NCBI RefSeq assembly: GCF_009914755.1
Contig: NC_060941.1
Strand: one strand, 5' to 3'
Length of the DNA: 64,000 nucleotides
Origin: the human T2T-CHM13v2.0 reference genome, Homo sapiens
Shown here: positions 54,489 through 64,000 of the stretch, one piece after another
How the letters are laid out: every line of letters starts with the position of its first letter
Numbering within the stretch: position 1 is the stretch's first letter
Program-made: the position numbers and the translations under genes
Notes under the pieces: model-generated
What the model saw: only the letters and a program-made list of their open reading frames with translations
What the model was told of the DNA's origin: nothing
The model's database searches: none

Positions 54489-55065
54489 GTTACCATCCCT
54501 TTTATCCTACACATAAAATGATTCAGTGGTTTAAAACACTTCTTTCCATATCCTGCAGTTTTGCATAGCAAAAGAAACATGCACTTTGAGGAAAATGTAC
54601 CTTTTAATTTTTTGTATTTTAAATATTATGGGTACAAAATATTTGTATGTAATTATGGAGTACATGTGATGTTTCAATACCTCCTTTTTGATCCCAGATC
54701 TTCCCTGAAATTTTTGTCCAATTTGTATTGCATTATTTAAGTTTGAGAAGGAGTAATGATGTTTAGTATATACTGTTATAAAATAACTGATTCCAAAGAT
54801 GTAAAGTATCTGATACTTACTATGTCCAAATATAATTTTTAAGGAAATGTTCCTAACGATGTGTAAATAATAACATGGAATAAAATAAATTCATATAACT
54901 TTATGATAATAATTTTACTTAAATTAAAAAGTGTTATGTGCAAACAGATGGTATACGACGCGTGGCATGCAATAATGCAATTGAGTCCAATTAAATATAT
55001 TGTTTGATTTATTTCCACAATCTGATAAATGTATTGTAGACCAAAACATCAAAAACCATAAGTAG

Positions 55066-55368
55066 GGCTGGGCGCGGTGGCTCAAGCCTGTAATCCCAAC
55101 ACTTTGGCCAAGGCAGGCAGATCATGAGGTCAGGAGATTGAGACCATCGTGGCTAAGATGGTGAAACCCCGTCGATACGAAAAATACAAAAAAATTAGCC
55201 GGACGTCGTGGTGGGCGCCTGTAGTCCCAGCTAATCAAGAGGCTGAGGCAGAAGAATGGCGTGAACCCCGGAGGCGGAGCTTGCAGTGAGCGGAGATGGC
55301 GCCACTGCACTCCAGCCTGGGCGACACAGCGAGACTCCGTCTCAAAACAAACAAACAAACAAACAAAC
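55066..55368 (+). mobile_element. AluY with (AAAC)n tail and TSD
   Basis: TSD aaaccataagtag at 55053-55065 and 55369-55381. Confidence 0.93.
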
Positions 55369-55977
55369 AAACCATAAGTAGCCTGTATAATGTCTTTTTA
55401 TTCGCTGCCATGTTTTTAATATAAATATATAAGAGCATCTTAAATTATTTAAATAAGTCAATTATTTTATAAGTGAATTTAGTATTAGAACATATATATT
55501 CTTTTTCACAGGAAGCTTTTTTAAGTGTCAGAAATTATATACTTATATAGAGACTTTTGTTCACAAAGTAGTTAGTTGTAGGTACATACAACATACTTGA
55601 AAAATATTTTTGTCGACATTGGATGCATTTTTCTCTTATAGACTCTTAAAAATGTTAACAAGCCAACATGTGAATATACTGAAGTATTTTTTAATCTTTT
55701 CTAGTGTCGATAACGAGTTGGTTGATATAAAGTCATTAGAGTGGCAATTCAACAAATATTTTCTATCGCATAACAAATGTCATTAACTTGCTAGTCTGTC
55801 ATGCTGTTGCAAAGATAAAGCCACATTCATTAGTGTTTTTTGTTGTTGTTTCTTATTGGTGCTTTGTTTGTTTTGTAACATGAAGTGGCCCACTTCTTGT
55901 ATTAAATTATTTATTCTTTCTGAAAATGTTCAATCAGAATGTAATAAAACCTTTGAAAAATGATTTAAAAATTTATT

Positions 55978-56209
55978 CCTGTAGGTGGGAAATTGAACAG
56001 GTGAGAACACTTAGACACAGGGCAGGGAACATCACACCCCTGGGCCTGTCGTGGGGTGGGGGCAGAGAGGCAGGGATAGCATTAGGAGAAATACCTAATG
56101 TAAATGAGGAGTTAGCGGGTGCAGCAAACCAACATGGCACATTTATACCTATGTAACAAACCTGCACGTTGTGCACGTGTGCCCTAGAACTTAAAGTACA
56201 ATAAAAAAT
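55978..56209 (+). mobile_element. L1PA4-6-like 3' end
   Basis: gggatagcattaggagaaatacctaatgtaaatga, aacctgcacgttgtgcac. Confidence 0.92.
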
Positions 56210-56699
56210 ATATATTTATTTCTACTGAACAAAATGTCCATATATTAGATGGCCTAGGACTGGTAGGGGTCTCTAATCCAGGGGATTGTTGATAAACTGA
56301 GACAACTTCTATAATTTTTACATTGTTACTCTTAAAGTCTTGTCATTGTCTGACTGTCTCAATATTGGAAAATAACGTCAATATTCAGTGTAATAAACCA
56401 GAAGAAAAATGGGCCGATATCCCATTCAATTAAAGACATTGAAAAGAATGTGTATGTATTACTTTTACTCACATCTTAATGCTCATCGTGTTGTCACCAA
56501 GCCAGATAGAACCATATACTGGGGAATGTAATGTTTATCTGAGAAACCAAATGCCTAAATACAAATTTTAATAGTATGAAGTAAGAGGAAATAAATATGG
56601 GGGATTTTCTAGTCTTCTCCATTAGATATAAATTGCAAGATTTGGCCACTTTAAAAAATATTAATATTTACTAATTTTTCATCAATTCAAATATCATAT

Positions 56700-59165
56700 C
56701 ATAGAGAGCAATTTAATCAAATTAGATAACAGTTCTAAATATAAAATTTAACTGTATATCTCCCAGAAACCAAAAAATGAGAAATTATCTGTGGCTTTTG
56801 GCTAGACAAAGGTTTCTTAGATGTGGCCCAAAGAACAACCTAGAGAACAAGCAAAAAAACCAATTACAACAACAGTAAATATGACTTCATAAAAACAAAA
56901 AATTCTATATTTCTAGCCTAAATGACTCAAACTTGTAATAGACATTTCCAAATTATGTCTGATAAAGGATGTGTATCCAAAATATGTAAACTCAATTTTA
57001 AGGCAAATTACAGTCCAATAATAAACAATAAGGAAAAGAATATATTTGAACACATACTTTGCCAGAGGAAATTCAGAGACAGCAAATAATCACATCGAAA
57101 GATGTTCAATATCTTTAGCCATTGGAGAAATACAAATTAAATGAGATGCCATTCCACACCTACTAGAATAAATATAATTAAAAATACTCATCATCTTGTG
57201 TGTTGGTGATGATTTAAAAAATCTGTAGCTCTCAAATACTGATGGTAGGAAAGTAAATGATACAGCCACTCTGGAGAAAAAAATGGATTGTTTCTTACAA
57301 AGTTAAATAGACACCCACTATTTTACCTACTTACTCTACTGTTGTTCTTTAAGCAGAAAACAGTAGAGCATATTATACATATAAGAATGTGTTTACAAGT
57401 GTCCATGGCAAACTTATTTATAATAAGACTAAACTGTCAACAACCCAAAGTTTATCAATGGGTGAATAAATAAATCCAACACGGTATACTCATAACATGA
57501 GATATAACTTCACACACACATAAAACCATATTTTCAGCAAATGGTGCTGGAACAATTGGACATCCACATCCAAAAAAAGAATCTAGACACTGTGTTTACA
57601 CAATATACAAGAATGGATAATAGATTTAAATATAAAAATGCGAGACTATAGAAGAATATTATAAATTGAATTTTATATAAGTTAGTACTTCTGCTCTAGG
57701 AAAGACATAGTTTATATTTAAAAAACAAGCCAAGACTGGGAGACAATATTTACAAAACATGTATCCAATGAAGAACTGGTATGAGCACCCCACAGAACTC
57801 TTAAAACTCAAAAAGAAAAAAAGTTAAATAATCCAGTTAAAAAGTGGGCAGGAGATCTGAACAGACATTTCACCAAGGGAAACATATTAATGGCAAATAA
57901 GTAAATGAAATATGCTCAACATCATATATTGTTAGAGAACTGCTCATTAGAACAAGATACCACCACATGCCTACTAAAATGGCTAAAATCCAAATCACTG
58001 ACAACACTAAATTGTGTTGAGGATAAAGAGCAAGGGAAACTTATTGATTGCTTGTGGGAATGCAAAATGGCACAACCACGTTAGAAGATAGTTTTGCATT
58101 TCTTACAAAGTTAAATGTAGTCTTACCACATGGACCAGTAACTTCACCCCTATCCAAATGAGTCAAAAATCTTTCTACACAAAAATGTCACATGACTCCT
58201 TAAAACAGCTTTTCTCGTAACAAAACTTGGTAGCTACTAAGATGCCCCCAACAGGTGAGTGATGGCTCAATAAACTGGCATATCTATAAAATGGGATATT
58301 CAGTGTTAAAAGAATAAGCTATCAAGCCATACAAAATATGCAAGAACCTAGAGTACATATAACTAAGTGAAAGAAGCTAATCTGAAGAGGCTGTACACTG
58401 TATCATTCCAATGATGTAACATTCTTAAAAAGGGGAAAATCTATAAAAAGATCAGAATTTCCAGTAGTCTCCAAGGGAAAGGATGAATAAATCAAGCACA
58501 GAAATTTTTAAGAAAGTAAAACTATTCTTATAATACCATAGTAGTGGGTACATGACATATGCACTTGTCCCAGCCCATGAAATGTATAATGCCAAGAGTG
58601 AACCCTAATATAAAACTAATATATGGACTTTCATTTATAATAATATGTCAATACGGATGCATCAGTTATAACAAAGGCACCACACTAATGCAAGATACTA
58701 ATCATAAAGAATATGGAGGGTAGAAGAAAGTGTTTGGAAATTCTCTGTGCTTTGTTAGTTTTTTCTATAAACCTAAAATTGTTCTCAAAATAAAATCTAT
58801 TAATTTAAAAAAGAATGAACTATTGTTACCAGTATCAACATAGGTGAAAGTCAGAGTAGTTATGTTGAGTGCAAAAGACAGACAAAAAAGAATAGATTTT
58901 GTGTGATTACATTTACATAAAATTCTACCAAGTGTAAACCATTCTGTAGTATCAGAAATAGATTAGTAGTTGCATGGAGATTAAGTAGGGAAGAGGGGAA
59001 GAAGCCATTACTAAAGACACAAAGCAACTTTGGGGAAATGAATATGTTCATTATCTTGATCGCCATGGTGTTTTCTTATGTACCAATATGCCAAAACTTT
59101 AAAAATAATATACACTGGATTATGTTCAGTTTATGTCAATTACACTTCAATGAAAAACATTTAAA
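56700..59165 (+). mobile_element. old L1M 3' region with a nested L1MC-like insert (about 57530-58810)
   Basis: two collinear runs of L1 ORF2-end/3'UTR motifs; the outer copy resumes at aaagaatgaactattg (about 58810). Confidence 0.7.
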
Positions 59166-61213
59166 AATATTATGTATCTTGATTTTATATTTATTCAGAG
59201 ATATTATTATTCTCTACCTGCCATATATGCCTTTTGGCAGTGTAAAGATATATAAACATAGTATGTAAATATGGTATTTGTAATATTCTTATTCATATGC
59301 AAAGATAGTTTACATTTAATTTTTTTAACTTTTCTTCTATTTTTATTCTGTATCCTCCAGACATTAACATTGAGAACTTCATATACTATTACATATTTAA
59401 AAATGAGTCATGTCCAGTATAATACAAAATTTCAGCAATGTGACATGACAGGAACAAAATATAAATGAAGTTGCTTTATATAGATTCATTTTGCTCATTA
59501 AAACATTTCATAGAATAAATCACTTATTCAAAAGTATTAACATATATATTTAAGAGTGCACTATGAAAAAACAGAATCAAGAAATGGATACCAGATTGAT
59601 ACTCACTAAATCGTATGTTAAAGCATTTTGAATAATTTTGTAGTTTTTCAAAAGTAACTCACACATGTCACATATTAATAATGTATATATTTATTTTTAG
59701 GAACTCCTTTTAGATAACTATTAGGTATATAGTTTTATGCTGAGTTTTATGAGAACTAGAAAAAGCATATCATTTTATGTCAGAAATAGTATATTGGTTC
59801 CTAGGTCATTTTCTATAGCTGTCAAAATGTTTCAATGTCTTTTAAAACTCAAGAAAATGAGGAAGAAATACAGAAATATTCCTAGGTTAATTGTTTTTAT
59901 ATCCTTATCTAGTTCTTTCTATTCTTAATTATATTAATTCTTCCCAATGGCTTATTTAAAAATGGGTCTTCAATTGTCTTTCATTAAAATTCTATGGGGT
60001 CTCATTACCTGTAAAAAGGTTTTATTTCACACGAAGTATTTTTTGGTTATGTAAAAGGAAACTAAAGCTCTGGGCTAAATAAATAACTTTTTTAAATTTT
60101 CCCTATTGGGAAGTAGTTGAATATATACATTGCTGTATTCAGCTAAAACATATTAGAATGTGCTTTTATTTACAATAAAAATGAAATAAGGCTGCGTTAC
60201 ATTGGCAAGCTGTAATGGGAAATGTATTTGTCACCCTAGGCAAACTGAAAAGGCAGGTATATTGAATTCAGTAATGCTGAGTAATTAAGCCTTCACTTAC
60301 AACCCTTATATTAGATAATTCAACTTAATAAGTTAAGTCATTTTCCAAGTGTTTGTTAATGTATCAAAAGGATTTATACATTTCACAAACGGGGACTCAA
60401 GCTAAGGTAAAGATTTATAAACACAACCAATTCACTAGAGAAAGAATTTTAAGCTTGTTTTTCTTGTTTTTCCAAACCTAACTCTTTCATGGAAAAAAAT
60501 AAAGGCAATATTATAAAACAGATGAAAGTGCAGGTAATTACCTTAAGTGACATTGAGAAGCCTAGAGCTCACCTGGTCCACACTATTTGATAAGCCATGT
60601 CACCCCTCATTTACTTCCACGGTTCCCTTCAAGATTGAAGAGCTGTCTGAATACCACAGTCTTAGTATATTATATTTTTGTAAGGAAACCTGCTCACTCA
60701 AGAACATCTTCTGTGAGAGCCAATCCATTCAGCATGTTAGGAAGTTTCCTTCCATGTATGATTCAGGCCCACCTGATCCAGTGGATTGGACAATGAATGA
60801 ACACTTGATTTAGGTGGAAGTTATCCATTTATTGATTAGAAATCAGTAAGCCTCTTTCACTTGAGAATTCCAATTGAGATGAAGAATATAATAGGTATGC
60901 ATACTGGATGAGCAAAGCCAAATAGCCTCCGTAATGTTATAAAGAATAATATTGAGCCACAGGCAAGCAGTGGAGATACAAAGAGTACAAGAGTAAGGGA
61001 ACAAATGTTGCCCTGGAGTGAGAGAAATTGATAAAAAGCCACTGCCTTGATGTTGGACAGGTTCTTAGTTCTATGTTCAGCCTTTATTTTCTGCTCTTGG
61101 ATTCTACACTGTACATTTCAAGTTTATTTACAAATGGTTTTGACTACAGAAAAAGCAAGTGTGCCATTATGTAATTTTTGACGTATTTTGGGAGAAATAA
61201 AGTAAAAAGTATT

Positions 61214-61546
<333 letters not shown>

Positions 61547-63109
61547 ACAAAAAGTATTGAGAGTTTTTCAAAGTAGTTTCTGAGTTACATGTAAAAACAA
61601 GATAAAAAAATTTACTAACAGCTCTGCAGCTTTCAAAATTAAGCAGTCAGATTTCTATGTGGCTGAGAATTTCTAGCAGTCTCCTCCATTAGAATTTGCC
61701 ATGCCCAAAATGTCCTATGCTGTACAGTTAAATGATTGATGTTTAAGTAATATTCAGTTTGAAAGCTGACTTTAAATGTTTCCTTGAGGGGAAAACATGC
61801 TTAGCATTTCATTATAAAATTATCCAAGCTTTGCTCTCATTTCTATGTTCAAATTCAATGCATGAGTTAAAGCATCTTAAGACTTCCTTTTAAGCAATTT
61901 ATATATTTGCCCTAAGATTTCAACTAGTCCTAATATCAGAGGATCACTTCATTGGAAAAGTTGTGCAAAAGTAAAATGAAATGGAGATTAACTACTAAAT
62001 TGTCATGTTGAGATTCGTGATAAATTTAGTTACAATGATATTATTCAAATTGGAATTAACTGCAACTTTCCTAGGTATGTAAATGAAAGTGGAGTGAAAT
62101 TGCTATATAAACCTAGGGTTATGACCATCAAAATACATGATATAGCAATACAATAATTTAATGTTGACTCAGGGAGTAATAAATCAGATATTTCATTCAA
62201 CAAGCTGTGATTTTTTAATTATAACTTAAGAATTATAAGTTAACATTTATAAGTATTGTTTCTTAATAATGAGTTGACAAAAATAATAGTTGAAAAATAC
62301 AATTATATAGCATGATTATATTGTGAAAATTTACATTAAAAATTAAAATAATGAATAAATCACCTTTGGAAACTACTGTTATTTAAAATATCAGGAGTCC
62401 AGAAAATTGCAACTTATTTTGATCTACATAATCATTTTTACATGAAAATTTAATTCCAAAACCATTGCAAAGATTATTTTCTTAATAACCATAGTATTAA
62501 GAATCAGTTTCTGTGAAAGTACAATAGAATACAAACATATCCTAGATGTATTGTTTTCTGCATTTATGCAAGAACAATAAGATTTTTTAAATGTTTGACT
62601 TATCTGTGGAAATATGATAGAGACAATTGTATGATTTGGTTTAAGGATTACTCATTTCTGTACTTAGATGAGGTAATTTTTTCTTTTCTAGATAAACTCT
62701 AATTCCACTTTTTTCATACAGTACACACCTATACATGCATATATAAGTTTCCGTTAAACAACAGTAGTAAGATTTGAACAGATTATTTACCTACCTTTCT
62801 GAAAAGTGTCTGTTAACATTGTTATAAGCCTATAAGGGAAGAAAGGGACTATATTACAAAAGAACAGAAATGATCCAGGAGAGTATGAACACAACTGGAT
62901 TCTAAGAATACTGGGCTATTGGGTATCGGGATGTAGATTGGGATAAAAGATTATACCCCTATCAGAACACTGTCAGTTTCACTATTGATGTGGTACAAAC
63001 ACATGATAGGATGGTTTGCAGCATCAAGGAAAAAGTGATGGCCTCAGGTGAGGTTGCAATGTCAAATTTCCCATGGAAGCTGACAGAAGATGCACACGTC
63101 ACAAAGAAA

Positions 63110-63306
63110 ATAACATGTAGAATACTTAAAATCTACTCTCAATAATTTTTAAGTTATTTTAAATTATATACTATTGTTATTAACTATAGTCACTATTGCC
63201 ATAGTCGCTATAACTACAGTCACTATAGATCTATTACATAATGTACAATAGATCTCTGAAATTTACTTCTCCTGTCAATTTAAATTTTGTTTCCTTTGAC
63301 TAACAT
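63110..63306 (-). mobile_element. L1MA 3' fragment
   Basis: ttaaaatctactctc, taactatagtcac, tgtacaatagatctc. Confidence 0.7.
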
Positions 63307-63496
63307 TGAGATAGCAATTTTTATCACAATTTAAAAATTATAATAACATAAAACAATATAATTTTACAGCAAGGAAAAGGCATTTCTTGAAAGTTAATTC
63401 ACAACATTGAATGAATTGCTAAACAAAACATTGTCAAGAACCAAAACAACTCTAGATATCTCAGGCAGAATGAATTCAAAGAAAATGACTGTGCAT

Positions 63497-63615
63497 ATTA
63501 TTTCTCAACATTAGATTCACAATGGAATCACCTGGGGCAATTTTTTAAAGAAACAAATGCCTAAATATCATATCCAGATTCTAATTTATTTGTTATTAGA
63601 TATGGTCTGGAATCA
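63497..63615. mobile_element. MER5A fragment
   Basis: tttctcaac...gaatcacctgggg...cagattctaattt. Confidence 0.6.
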
Positions 63616-63724
63616 CTCTACTCCTGACGTCCCTGCTCAAGAATCAACTTCCAGGAAGAGAGACTGGGACTCACTGATTTTGGTGCTATTCAGTTGAACT
63701 ATGCCCCTACTGATTTTCCACCTG

Positions 63725-64000
63725 CTGGTTCTATTCATTATAGATAGGGAGATGTTAACATCTCCAATTATAATAGTAGATTTATCTGTCTGTTCTTGCA
63801 GTTCTATCTGTTTTCACCTCATGTGTTATTGACAGCCCGTTACATGCAAACACATTAAGGATTGTTATGTTTTCTTGGAAAATTAAACCCTTTGTGACTA
63901 TGTAATATCGCTTTTGTATCCCCCTATAATTATTCTTGCTCTGAAGTCTTTTTGTTGGAAATTAATATATTAATCCAGCTTTCTTTTAATTAGTATTATC
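63725..64000 (-). mobile_element. L1M ORF2 fragment
   Basis: tctccaattataatagtagattt, cattaaggattgttatgt, tccagctttctttt. Confidence 0.7.

Overview
Primate (human-like) AT-rich, gene-poor DNA dominated by interspersed repeats: Alu, L1, L2, MIR, ERV1/ERVL/MaLR LTRs and Tigger/MER DNA transposons. No protein-coding gene, RNA gene or CRISPR array is supportable. The one non-routine block is a GC-rich island at about 6.45-10.1 kb. It has ACRO1-like satellite units and a C-rich ~44-bp minisatellite on the left, and a G/A-rich degenerate tandem array on the right. Between them lies a ~620-bp degenerate palindrome centred near 8589. Its inner arms each carry an outward-facing TATATAAA and CCAAT boxes, and the left arm has an octamer 9 bp upstream of the TATA, as in histone H2B promoters. 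This looks like a self-inverted bidirectional Pol II promoter, with a plausible leftward spliced non-coding transcript. Other notable structures are a MER41 solo LTR extended by 85 bp past its normal end through a PBS, an 85-bp fold-back palindrome at the 5' junction of an L1 insertion, a three-level LTR nest, and a HERV-H LTR7 solo LTR. Repeat family names come from recalled consensus sequences, not a search. Boundaries of old elements are approximate.
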